The translations under genes and the position numbers were made by a program. Positions 51,429 to 64,000 of a stretch of DNA of 64,000 bases are shown piece after piece. The notes under the pieces were generated by a model. It was not told the origin of the DNA and searched no databases. It saw nothing but the letters and a program-made list of their open reading frames with translations. The stretch is from the human T2T-CHM13v2.0 reference genome, Homo sapiens: the NCBI RefSeq assembly GCF_009914755.1, contig NC_060931.1. One strand, 5' to 3'. The first letter of the stretch is position 1, and each line of letters begins with the position of its first letter.

Positions 51429-54400
51429 TCAAAAAAAAGGGGGGTGAGGCGGTGGGGGTGAGTTTTGAAAGGTTTAACTTTGCATGCATTGGTTTACCAA
51501 AGGAAGAAAAAGGGAGTGGGAGAGACAGAAGAAAGAGAAAAAAAAACTCCATAACTAGAAAATAAATGCCTGCATTGTAGAACTTCTTAAATGTTATTTT
51601 CATAAAGTTATATAAACGTATGTCATGCAAATAAGGACAGGTCAAATTGAAATGTTTATAAAATATGCTAAATTTAAGAGTTGTAGTCAAAATGTATTAT
51701 AGAATCTAACTGTGGAGTTTATTAATTTACATTTTCATGGCATAAAAATAGCAGGACTCAAGCCATGCAGTTAATGTACACAAACATTCACTGAATTGTA
51801 GACACAAAGAGGCTAAACACTAGAAAGCAGCTTTTAATATTCTGTAATGTTCTTTATCAAGCTGTTTGTACAAGACTTTATGAAACACAGCACACGGCTT
51901 AACAATCTCCAGTGCATTATTATACATATCTAACTTTTGCCTTCGGATACTCCCAGCAAAGGACAACAGATTCTCAACTTTACTGTACCAAAGCAATGTG
52001 GTCAGGAAAGCAGCTTCCCCGTTCTGCAGCAGCTAAATGTCAGAGAGCCAAGGGTTCCACCAAGATTTCCCAAAGCACAGCAGTTGCCATTAGAAACTTC
52101 CTAACCCTCCAATGTTCACTTTACAGAGTGTTCAGAGGGTGAGAAACAGATCTTTTACTTGATTTGCCATCTGTGAATTTTAAAGCTGTTAAGGCACTTT
52201 TCTGTCTTTATTTCCATGATGCTCCTGATCCCATTTGCTAGTTAGATGCACTCACTAATATATTATTCAGTTCTATTGAGAAAACCATACTGAGGCATCT
52301 CCGATTTGACATTACTGTCCAAATTTTTTTTTTTTTATAACATATCAGGTAAAATAAACCAGCTTGAAACCCTGGCCTTTTTTAGTGCTTCAAATAATTC
52401 TTTTCATTTCTTTGTTACTGAGAGCTCACATTAGAAAGCTATTAATACATTTGAGTACAATTTATGTTTTCAATGCAACCCAGACAAGAAATGAAAAGGC
52501 ATGGAGAAGAAACATGGCCTTCCTGGACAGCCTGAATCAGTAAGTCGTTACTCTTCACCAAATGTAGCTTATGTACAAATGGCTTCATTTCCATTCCCCT
52601 TCGCTGTGGGAGCCTCAAGAACCACAGTTACAGGAGCTAGAGGATGACGCTGACAGCGGTCACACAGGCAGTACCCACTCGTTTCAATAGCCTTTGCCTT
52701 TTCCATTTGTTGGTTTGCGGAAAGACAAAACTGTGCTGATCCTGATTGTATGAGACAAGAAAATCCAGCCAATTCTATTTTACGTGGTACTCTTGCCTTA
52801 GTTTCTTTTTCAGTGAGAACAGACGCGCCACTGCTACAGCTGGCCCTGTATGTTATTTTTTTCCAGCATTAGTAATGGAGTCATTGATTCAATCTATATG
52901 AATGGAGTCCCTACTAAGTGCCAAGCATATAACAGTGAACAAAACAACCTCTGGCCTCATAGAACTTTCATTCAAGGCGGTGAGATGGGAGGAGCCACCA
53001 ACATACGAAAACAAATGTAGTCACATTTACATTAATGCCTGAATTACCAAGACTCAGGCTTTCTTTGAAGCCTTCCCCAGCCAATTTGAGGGCACTATCA
53101 GATGTCCTGTAATATGCACAAAACCAACCACTCATTTTCCTCCACTTTGGCCTTCTTGCTAGTTGTCTCCTTGTGGGGCAGGTAAGAGACCTGACACACT
53201 GCCACATCTACAGGGCTACCACCAGGTCACTGACATAAGAGTCAGCATCTCCACCACTGTTCGCCACTCTCTACCGCTCTGCAGAGGCCACTGGAAGGGT
53301 CCAGGGTAAGAAACCTCACCTGGGGTCTATGGCAGGGTAGAGAGAGAAAGCTGGAGGCTCCCCCACTTGCTAATATTACAGTTGGTTACCTCGGCCCTAT
53401 GGTTCTGTTTGTGCCCAAACTTTCACATGGTCTTTCACAAACACGACTTTTTCCCCTTCTGACCTTCACCTTTCTCTTCACCCAGGCTCCATGTATTCCC
53501 TTGTATTCTCATCTCTTTCCCTCATCTCTCTCCAGGCACCTATCCACAAAATAGGTTCCTCTTTTTTCACCAGAAGCAGAAATGTATATGACCATTATCT
53601 CTTACAACCACATCCCCATAGGGATGACTAACCTGATGCTCAAAGAGCCACAGTCCACCTTGGACTCCGTTAGGAAGCCCTGCCAGGTATAGATGGGAGA
53701 ACTGAGCTACCAGCATCAAGGACACCAGCACCAGAACCAGTCTTTGAACTATTCAATTTTATTTCCTAATGAATGTATTTCTCCACCCAAATGCTGTGCA
53801 TCCCAGGCTCTTCCTCAACCTCTACCTACAGAGAGGATGATCAGCTCTTGTGGGTGAGGTACAGTCACACCAGTCCAGCAATGTGCTTTGAGATTCCTTG
53901 CCAGGCTGGATTCCCTAACCATTCTGGTAAGCCTATCAATAAGCTTGCCCAAATGCGGTGAAGACCTCTCTCAGAACAGCCGGAGTATATTAATCCATTT
54001 AACCTGGGTTTTCCTAATCAATATGGAAATGTTTAGCCTCTGAATTCTGAAGGATTGATTCCATACTCCTGTATGGCATTCCCTGGCTATCAACTGCCCT
54101 GAGTAGGTTAGCCTCAAGATATGTGTGGGCTTTGCTAAATAAACTTTGATAAAATAAGTAACATTTTTCTGATATATATGAAAATGGTTTTCTCATCTGT
54201 GTTGGACTTTTCCACAGCTACATCTCCTACATCTCCTGTTCTCATGAGAAGTTTTACTTCCTCAGAATTAGTGTGCCTCCGTAACACAAAACTTCAGAAA
54301 ACTCCCAGGCACATGCATGTCAAATGCATGTCCAATAGGCTTCCACAGCAATCTTCTCATCTGTAATTCACCCAGGGAAGAAGCAAGCACCTCCAGTGTT

Positions 54401-54659
54401 CTGCAGACTCACAGTAATCCAAGCTGCTTAAATCCTTCATAAATCCTCTGTGCAAAAACACTAAAGAGATTGTCAGCAGGAAATTCAACCACTGGTTACC
54501 TCGGACATTCCTAGAAGACTTTTCCTTAATTATCAGCCAGAGCACTATGTCATTAATGCAGACAAGAGTTGACAGCAGCTGGTCTAAGGCAGTAATAGCA
54601 GAGACAGACACACAAGGCAGGTTCAGAAGCTAATCAGGAGATGAAATGGGACATGGCTT

Positions 54660-54805
54660 GTATGACCACAAACATGAATGCGTGTGAGGAATGAAGGAAA
54701 AATAAGACCCAGCAATGATTCCCCAGGTTTCTGGCTTAGATATTTGAGAGGATGCAGCCACTTTTTATTAAACACAGGAGGAAGAGCAGACTTGGGGAGA
54801 TATAT
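54660..54805 (-). mobile_element. L2 fragment
   Basis: 'aatgattccccaggtttctggcttag', 'acacaggaggaagagcagacttgggg'. Confidence 0.6.
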
Positions 54806-55270
54806 GGTTAACTGCACACTAATTTATATTTGCAAAATGATGAAGCACATGGAGAGCAATTTTTTATTTTTATTAAATTGCTGATTATGTTCTTAAGAGA
54901 AAATATTTGTATTTACTATCTATGCATTTGAACCATCAGAACCCTTATTTTCAGGACCCTTATTCCCAAGTTTTCTATGTGTCTCGGTAATTCATCAAAT
55001 AATATTAACCAGCAAGGGAGGGAAGTAATTAAGTGAAGATGAAATTTTTATTAAAACACTAATCATAAATGCTCATTTACTTATTCGACAAATGCTTACT
55101 GAATGTTGGCAATGAGCCAAGTACCAATGTGAACGACAGAAACATAGATAACAATGATACTGAACACATAAGGAGTACCAGCCACCACAATAAGCACGTC
55201 ATCTGCCATTGACAATCCCCATCATAATCCTGCTAGGAAGGTGTTATTACAATGACTATTCCATAGATGA

Positions 55271-56183
55271 TGAGAACTAAAACTAAAATCCTAAACCCCC
55301 AACTGGCTGAACAAATCCCCTCTTGGTTAAGGGGACCCCAGAGAAACCTTAGAAACTGAGTTCCTGGCCACGGTGCGATGGGAAGCCAGACCCGTCTCAT
55401 TACATCCCCTCCTTTTTGTGGTTTAGACGCAACAACTGACCAGCATCAATGTTAACATAGAGATCCTAAGACTAACAAAATGGACTCTGTGGCAATAAGA
55501 TACCAAATTATAAAGATTGCCTAAGGCCATGCCAGGCAAGGGTTAAGTCATGCACCCTCCACACTTAAAGAGTAAATTCTGTTCCAACTGCCACAAGTTT
55601 TTCTTTTTCTCTAGCAGTTAAACCAGCACCGGCCTCAAGATAAGCACTATTGAAACAACTGCAGCACTCTCACCACCAGATGCTGACCCCCGGCCGATTC
55701 CACAAGCCATACCCACATTTTTTGATTGGAAAAGAGACAGCTGTGGTTCAGTAACTTTCTCCTAATAAGAGACCATGGACCATGGACTGATCTGGCTGGT
55801 TTACAGAGGCTGTAAACTTGAGGGCCTTCGTGTCCCTGCCTTACGTTTTGCCATATAAGGCCTAATTGTAAGACACTTAAATGTTAAGTCTCCACCCCAA
55901 AGTGAACATGGGATGCAGGTAATACGCATGTTTGCTTATCACACGTGTACCTCTCCCACTTCATGATTATTCATAGCTCCTCCTGTAACCTATTGAATAT
56001 GTATACTTGGCCAACCTCAGCATAAATCCCTGTTCCACCCCTTCCTCCCTCAAAGTGTCTGTTAATAGCCTCTGCAAGAGGCTACACTTCCCAGCCTTCA
56101 AAAATGGCCAGACCACAGGCTATAACCCTTTATAAGAAATAAAGTCTCCTTCACAGATTTAAAGATCTTGTGATTTTTCCGTG
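55271..56183 (+). mobile_element. MER4-group (MER4D-like) ERV1 solo LTR inserted in a MIR
   Basis: Starts 'tgagaactaaaactaaaatcctaaacccccaac...ggggaccccagagaaacctt'; TATA-like 'cataaat' and AATAAA near the 3' end; flanking MIR pieces 'catagatga' / 'tgaaactga'. Confidence 0.8.
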
Positions 56184-58516
56184 ATGAAACTGACATAGCA
56201 ACGTGTTGAGTAACTTGGCTAATGAGTAGGAAACCAAAGTTTATACCAAACCCTGGGACTCTAGAGCCGGTCTCTGCCATGCCTCTTCCCTCAAGGAAGT
56301 CAGGATCCTCTTGGGAGGCAGACCATACATGTCATTAGAAAGCTTTTACAATGATCACCTTGCTTGTTCATCTCAACTCTCGCAGATCTGCCACTTTCTT
56401 CAGTCCTCTAACCACTTGATTCGGTACACTTGATGTGATCTAGCATTACCAGTCTCTCCTCCACCACATGCTGCCTGTAATTGTAGCAGTCACTTGTTTT
56501 CAGTCATATCATTACAGAGCAGCATTGAGTTTTCCAGTTTATAAGCAGCCCAAATTTGTTTTCCTGTTGAGCTTTTGCCTTGAATGTCTGGCTTTTCCTT
56601 GGGGATACATAGTTCCCAGTTCCATTTCCCACAGGAGCTTTACTCTGGAATGTCTAATAGTGTGTGTTTGTTTCAACATCGGGGATATAAATAGGTAAAA
56701 TGAAGTTCTGCTTGGTGCTGCTGCACGGCTGCAAGAACCAAGGGCCAGCCAATCATGAGCTGAGGGACTTACTGTGTTTGTTTAAATATAGTTCAGGTTT
56801 CTCCCTTCTCTCTACCTCAACAAGATTTAGCACCTAGAACAAGACACTACACCTTTAGTTTGCACTCCGAAATTGCTAGGAAGTAAATCCATCTGGAAAC
56901 TGCACTGGATAAGGAGCAGGGATACACAGCAGTGGCTGGAAAGAAATTACTCAAGTACGAAATCAGGAAGGAACCTCATTAACACCCCACCACCTTTTGT
57001 AAAGTCAAGAATACACTGTCCAGTATGAAACCCAGCCAAGATCTCAGCTGTTGACTGTTCAGTGAAAGAGGAACATGAAAGTGACAGAAGGACATTCATT
57101 CCAGAAACCCTGAGAATCCAGCAGCCCCTACCTGGTCTCCAGCTCCATGACTTGCCACCGCCCTCACTGCTCCAGTCTAAATTCCACACCTTCAGAGCTA
57201 GAGTCAGAGTTTCCAGGGTGGCAGGAGTGGAGTGAACCAGGGGGATCCCAGCATCCTCCTCAAATGTAGGGACTAAGACTGGCGAGGAAAAGGGGCAGGG
57301 TCCTTTGGGGATTGTAATGCACCCAAGGGGAAATCCCAGAGATCCAGGTTCAGTCCTCTGGCCCTCCCCAGCTAGCCTGATGTAGCTCCATCTTCACTGA
57401 AGTTCCTCTGGTGATAACACATCATGTTGAAGAGGATATTTAGGGCTTCCTGAGACAAAGCTGTGCTAAACACATGAACTCTCAGCAAATACTAGCGAGT
57501 GAATTAAAAATGAATGAATATCCTATAAAACAAAGCAACAAATCAGACAACCCCTACCCCCGACCCCATGGCTCAATGAGAGCTTCTGGACCTGCAGCAT
57601 CCCCACAACATATAATTCACCCACTACCCCATACTAGAGAAACCTAGGAGGCTCTCGTGTCCTGGGGAGCAAGCTGTTAAGTAGAAGTGGGAGAATTCCT
57701 AACCCTGTTAAGAGTTGGAATGTTAAACTCTAAAGATAAGCCTGAAAACCAGCTTTAAAAAATGTGAGCATTCCTAGTTAACCTAGATAGGCAGAATTCT
57801 TTTCCCTCCTATCAAGACAAACCCACAGTAGCTCAATGCCTGGATTATGAGGCCACATCACAAAGATGTTAGTTTTTTCAGTTTGGGTTGTTGCTGAAAA
57901 GAAAGTAAGAATTTAGGCATTACAATTCAGACTAGATCCATTCATTAGGTCCACACCACACCAGTAAACAGTGATACAGATTTGCATAGTGTTTTTTTAA
58001 ATTAACATTTAATAATGTTTTACTTCCCAAGCCCCTTATGAGCTGGGCATTGGCTAAAAAGGTTTTGGCTCAGTACAAAGAAGAATGTTCCACGCCTGTG
58101 AAACACCAAACAATGGAGCAGTGGTGTTGTAAGGGAGTAGCCTCTGGTCCATTCAAGTCAAAACTGGATAATTATTTGTTGCAGATGCTTTAAAGAGTTC
58201 TAATAATTTAGGTGTGAGGTGAGAATAAATAATCTCTAAGATGTCTTCCAATCCTAGCATACATGATAAATTTTTTCTGTGGAAAAAGCACCCAAACAGA
58301 AAGTGACCAGTGACTTTCCCTAGTCACACAACCAGACCCTCCAGCTTCTAGCCTAACACTCTTTCCACTGGATGGTCTTCACCACCACCAGTACTCAGCC
58401 CCAAGACACCAGGGGAACACTGGCACTGTCCCTTTGGTTTCATAGAAAATAAGCACAAATAAAAGATTCAACATCTGACCGACATGCTTTCCCATATTTT
58501 ATAAGAAGATCAATTT

Positions 58517-58588
58517 AGTACCATATAGGTACCAAGGTACTATAGGTACCACATAGGTACCAAGTTACTATAGGTACCACATAGGTAC
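58517..58588. repeat. 28-bp-period minisatellite, ~2.6 copies
   Basis: Unit ~aggtaccacataggtaccaagttactat; four GGTACC palindromes. Confidence 0.9.
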
Positions 58589-58671
58589 ATTAGACAGACT
58601 GTTTTGTAAACTTCTGAAAGCCAATACAAAGAACATCTCAGAGTTAGTATGGTAGAACCTTCTAGAACACT

Positions 58672-59572
58672 TGTCATGGCCTGAATCTTCATGTCCCTCC
58701 AGAATGCATATATTGGAACTTGTATTAGGGTTCTCTGGAGGGACAGGACTAATAGGATAGATGTATATATGAAGGGAGGTTTATTAAGGAGTATTGACTC
58801 ATTCAACCACAAGGCGAGGTCCTACAACAGGCCATTTGCAAGTTGAGGAGCAAGGAAGCGAGTCTGAGTCCCAAAACCTCAAAAGTAGGGAAGCTGACAG
58901 TGCAGCCTTCAGTATGTGGTCAAAAGCCTGAGAGCCCCTGGCAAACCACTAGGGTAAGTCCAAGAGTCCAAAAGCTGAAGAAGTTGGAGTCTGATGTTTG
59001 AGGGCAGGAAGCATCCAGCATGGGAGAAAGATGAAGGCGGGAACACTCAGCCAGTCTAGTCATTCCGCATTCTTCTGCCTGCTTTATTCTAGCTGTGCTG
59101 GCAGCTGATTAGATTATGCCCACACAGATGGAGGGTGGGTCTGCCTCTCCCAGTCCACTGACTCAAATGTTAATCTCCTTTGGCAACACCCTCACAGATA
59201 CACCAAGGAACAATACTTTACATCCTTCAATCAAGTTGACACTCAGTATTAACCATCACAGAACTTAATCCCCAGGGTGATGTTATTAAGAGGTGAGGAC
59301 TCTGGGAGGCCCCACCTTCATGGCTGGGATTACTGCCCTTTTAAATGGGTTGAGGGAACAAGTTTACCCCCGCTTTGGCTCCTTCCACCCTGTGAAGATG
59401 CAGCAACCAGACACCATCTGTGGAGCAGAGGGCAAGTCTTTACCACACACCAAATCTGTTGGCACCTTGATCCTGGACTTACCAATCTCAAAAACTGAGA
59501 AATAATTTTCTATCATTTACAAATTACTCGGTCTAAGGTGTTTTGTTATAGCAACGGGAACAGACTAACACA
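58672..59572 (+). mobile_element. MLT1A-type MaLR LTR split by MLT2A
   Basis: 'tgtcatggcctgaatcttcatgtccctcc' (58672-58720), resumes 59261, ends 'ttgttatagcaacgggaacagactaacaca'. Confidence 0.85.
58721..59260 (-). mobile_element. MLT2A (HERVL) solo LTR
   Basis: 'tgtattagggttctct...caagttgacactcagtattaaccatcaca', 540 bp, perfect 5-bp TSD GAACT. Confidence 0.92.
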
Positions 59573-59993
59573 ACCCTATACTTCAGTATTTGGGATAATT
59601 GGATTAAACTAATAATTTCACTATTACCCCATAATCAAACATAATGGCAGCATTTATTTGGCTGAGTTTCATGCTTAGAGTATGGGAATAAGAATTGTTC
59701 CATTATAAAGGTCACAACCTTACATAATGATCTCCCTTACATAATAGTCACACCCCTATTTTTGGACCGGCAGAGCCAGCATAAAAAGTGTTATCATTAC
59801 ACAAATACAGCACTTTAGAGGTGTTTTTAAGGACAGAAATATATTTTCAATTCTATTACTATTTTTCAAACAGCTGAGGCTAGACAGAGATTCCAAGTGC
59901 CCTGCTTCGCTGTTTTTGAGCTGTCAAAGAAAATGAATCAACTGACTACAGTCACGTATCTAAGACAGACATAGAATTTCGCAGGAAGTCTGA

Positions 59994-60384
<391 letters not shown>

Positions 60385-60924
60385 GACATGGTGTTATTTT
60401 TTAACTGAGACATAAAAACCAAAGTAACAATCTACTTGTATTCATTGTTAAGTTTTCATATCCTTATAGCCAAAGAAAGGAAAACCACTTCCAACCAGCC
60501 TGCTTCTATTAATACACACAGTGATCTTTGACGTAAATGTCACACATGTTCACTTTAGGCTTCTGGTCAAATTTGCATGAGGCCAATTAAATTCTGAGGT
60601 CCTGAATCTCCTCTGTAAATTCAACAGATAGATTTCTCTTCTTGTACTAAGCTATTGTTTGGTATTGTTCTGAACTACTCAACAGCTGTAATTCTGCAAC
60701 TCACTGGATGTTGAAGGGTATAATAATTGTACCGAGGGATATGAATGTGTGTAAACCCAAAGCCCAGTGCTGTCTCTACGGTGACACACTTATCCACATT
60801 CCTCCCACTGTCATGACACAGTCCTCTTACTTCAACTGGCTCACTTCTCCGAATGCCTGGAACTTCACTCAATTTACCTTCCCTTATACACCTTAGATGT
60901 CACCTTAGATAGTGCACCTTAAAT

Positions 60925-61182
60925 GTGCACTATTATGGTAGCCACTAGCCATATGTGGCTTCTGAGCACTTGACATGTGGCTAGCCTAAACTACTGAGAT
61001 GTGCTGTAAGTACAAAATTATATACTAGATTTTGAAGACTTAGTATGACATATGTAAAATACCTCAATAATTTTCATACCAGCCTGCTGAAATATTTTGC
61101 ATATATCAGGTTAAATAAAAACATACATATTATACACTAGAAAATTTTAAATTATGTGTGTAGCTCACATTATTGGATAATA
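60925..61182. mobile_element. MER33/MER3-like hAT-Charlie MITE
   Basis: 'atggtagccactagccatatgtggct..tgagcacttgacatgtggctag', 'gagatgtgctgtaagt', 'gattttgaagacttagta'. Confidence 0.8.
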
Positions 61183-61499
61183 TTGAGTTGGCTAATTTTA
61201 GGCTCTCTTTCCCTGACTCCATTCTACTGAGCTCTCTTCAATTACACATAAATTGGGTCTTCTAATTTTATCCTTTATCTCTTAATCTCCTTTTCTATCC
61301 TTTTGTTTTTCCTGTGCTGCATTCTGGGTAATATCTCATATTTATCTTCCAAATCACTGATTCTTTCTTCACTAGGTCTAATCTGTTGTTAATCCATCCA
61401 TCCATTACATTAGGTTTTATGTTTACTTTGTTTTGATGTTTTGAATATGGTTTTGTTTACTGAACTTCCAGACAAGATTTCATCTGGTTTAGAAAAATA

Positions 61500-62065
61500 T
61501 TGGAAACCATTAGGCAATTTCTACTAATGCTGAATACATGCATACTCTGTCACCAGCAATTCTACTCCTAGGAATAAACCCAACAGGAAAAAACGATAGC
61601 CCAAAACTGAAAATTACCCAAATGCCCAACAGCTGTAGAATGTGGCATATTCACACAATAGAATACTAGATTAAATAAGAAAAGTATAACTATATGGAAA
61701 AATATGAAGTTCTTTTATCCTTTTTCATATGTTGAGAGACAAAGGTCATATACAAAAGATTATATAGTATATAAATCCATGAATAAAATCTTTTTAATAG
61801 GCAAAATTAAAATGGTATAAGAATTCAGGATACTTGCATAATAGTCACACCCCTATTTTTGGATACTGGTTGACCTTGGAGTAATACTAGTTGACCTTGG
61901 AGTAAAAGATTACATGAAGGGAACAGAAAGGGGGTTTATGAGATGCTGGTAATGTTCTGTTCCTTGATCTGAATACTGGTTACATAGTACATTAATTTAT
62001 GGAAATTCATCATGGTATATCCTTATGATTTTTAAACTTTGTATATAATTTAACAGTATAACAAA
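61500..62065 (+). mobile_element. L1ME-type 3' fragment
   Basis: 'ccagcaattctactcctaggaata', 'gatgctggtaatgttctgttccttgatctg', 'aaattcatca'. Confidence 0.75.
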
Positions 62066-62107
62066 CTCAAACTCTAATCAGTGATTTTCAGAAAAATATT
62101 TGGATGT

Positions 62108-62467
62108 TGTATTAGTCTGTTTTCACACTGCTATAAAGAACGACCTGAGAGAGGGTAATTTATAAAGAAAAGAGGTTTAATTGACTCACAGTTCCAAGTG
62201 GCTGGGGAGGCCTGAGGAAACTTACAATCATGGCAGAAGGCGAAAGAGAAGCAAGTCACGTCTTACGTGGCGGCAGGAGAAGGAGCGTGTTGAAGGAAGT
62301 GCCGCACTTTTAAACATCAGATCTCATGAGATCTCACTATCACAGAACAGCATGGGGAAAATCTGCCCCCATGATCCAATTACCTCCTACCAGGTCCCTC
62401 CCCTGACAGGTGGGGAATTACAATTCGAGATGAGATTTGGGCAGGGACACAGAGTCAAACCATATCA
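62108..62467 (-). mobile_element. THE1 (THE1C/D-like) MaLR solo LTR
   Basis: 'tgtattagtctgttttcacactgctataaagaa'...'aaaccatatca', 360 bp, perfect TSD GATGT. Confidence 0.92.
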
Positions 62468-62479
62468 GATGTTAAAACC

Positions 62480-63442
62480 TTTTTTTTCCTTTTTGAGTTG
62501 TCAGTTTTGAATATAATTATTTCAAAAATTTCATTTTGTTTCCTTTTCAAATTCTGCCTAGACATTTTTAATAGCATTTTGCTCATGTTTTCAAATCCAT
62601 CTTTTATTTCTAGAAACATTTTAGGACATTTCATTTATATTCTGACTGATAATTCTTAAATTCAAGTTCTTGGGAAGTCTAATTCTACTGTTTGTTGTTT
62701 CCACTGATGGCTTGTTTACTCTGTGTAACTGGAAACTTTTCATTGTGAAGTCATATGTGGTTGATTTTAATCTGTGAGAATTCTAAAGAGCCCCAGCTGT
62801 GGGAACATTCCTACAAAGCTGATTCTCTTCCGATTCTGCTGGAATCCTGAGTCTCTCTCAAACTGGAATTATCTTAACAATTCTTTTGCTTGAGGTTTCC
62901 TGGACGGCATATGTGGATAATGTGAGTTTAAGCCCTAAACCTTCATGAGTTCAGAATTCTCAGCAGAGACATTTCCCCACCCCCAGCCAAGGCCAGAACA
63001 ATTTCTCATAGCAGTTTTTCTTTGCCAAATGGATTTTTCTAGTCCATCTTTTCACTGAGGGTGTAGATCTTCAAGATTCCTGGCTTTTGCAGACTCTTAA
63101 TCAGTTCCGTTGACCTTGTAACAGCGCCCAAGTCCTCATCTCCCATTCCACAATGCACCCCTCCCTACTCATCCCTGTTGTATGGCAATTAAAACTGAAG
63201 CTTTCAGTTTCTGTTATCTGCACACACTCCCAAGGCAGCCCATATCTTAGATCCTCACTCACCACCCTGGTGTCAGCTCTCTCTCCATTTTTGCCTCTGT
63301 AGAGACTTACATTCAATTTTTGTGAGCTTAGCTACATATTTAAAAGGTTGTTTTTTATATTACATTCAGCATTTCTCAGTGTCTGTAATTGGGAGAGTTT
63401 CTCCAAATATCTATTCTTCATAATACTAGAAGCAGAAGTTCA
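62480..63442 (-). mobile_element. Ancient L1M/HAL1-like 5'/ORF1 remnant (probably continuous with ~61190-61440)
   Basis: T-rich antisense ORF1-like text; putative 5' end 'gaacttctgcttctag' on the minus strand. Confidence 0.5.
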
Positions 63443-63904
63443 ACAGGCCTTCTCTATCTGATGCTTAAAAGCTAGCGAGGCAGTCATTTCAGGGCTTTGG
63501 AGAGGTCCTACTCTGTTACCTCCCAGCTTAATTACAACTGAATTTTCTAGAACTAAAAAAAATGTTTAACATGAGCAGAGGTGAGGTGAGGTGTCAATCA
63601 ATCCATTTTCACAATATGCTACCACCTACTATTCAGTGGACTTGCTAAAAAGTCACCTAGCAGAGAGAGCCTTGCCACTTTGTTATGCCAAAGGATCAAA
63701 TAATGCAGAAACCATTCATTCATACAATAAATATTCACCAAGAATCTGCTCTTTGCAAGGTACAAAGTGCTAGGCAAACAAAAGTGATTAAAACAGGAAC
63801 TTGGCCCTCAAAGAGTTTAGCTAGAATGCCTAAAAATTTTCTTGCCTTAAGTGCAAATTGATCAATAAGTAGAGATTGCCTGGAGCATTGTATTAAGAAT
63901 CTGA

Positions 63905-64000
63905 GGCCAGGCATGGTGGCTCACGCCTGTAATCTCAGCACTTTGGGAGGCCGAGGCGGGAGGATCACGAGGTCAGGAGATTCAGACCATTCCAGCCAGC
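63905..64000 (+). mobile_element. Alu left arm (AluSc/Y-like), cut by the window edge
   Basis: 'ggccaggcatggtggctcacgcctgtaatc...ggatcacgaggtcaggagat'. Confidence 0.92.

Noticed and set aside
58517-58588. Repeated palindromic units as a CRISPR-like array
   Set aside because: No unique spacers, simple tandem repeat, eukaryotic context, no cas genes

Overview
Human nuclear DNA (an essentially consensus AluYa5 at 60083-60384 is a human-specific subfamily). The window is AT-rich, dominated by transposable elements, and contains no protein-coding gene I can recognise. Every ORF with recognisable homology in the track is a broken piece of L1 ORF1/ORF2 or Tigger1 transposase, or an Alu/LTR read-through. 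Main structures: (1) a nested stack at 14.8-20.5 kb, in which a hAT Arthur1-like element holds a near full-length Tigger1 (itself holding two L1 3' ends) and an AluS; (2) a degenerate 7SK pseudogene at about 21.4-21.6 kb; (3) a full-length ~6.6 kb L1PB inserted into the endonuclease region of an older L1M (22.8-33.3 kb); (4) many MaLR/ERV solo LTRs, MIR/L2 fragments and Alus. Most L1 sequence is on the + strand, and two well-formed splice-site pairs lie on the - strand (8118-8290, 45531-45633). This suggests, but does not prove, intronic or 5'-UTR territory of a minus-strand transcript. I found no new biological system. The best observations are sequence-visible mutational scars: an L1 3' transduction, an inverted Alu tail inside its TSD, two short templated insertions copied from 1-2 kb away, and a ~40-bp L1 micro-insertion. 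Repeat subfamily names come from remembered consensus sequences, not a database search, and old-repeat boundaries are approximate.
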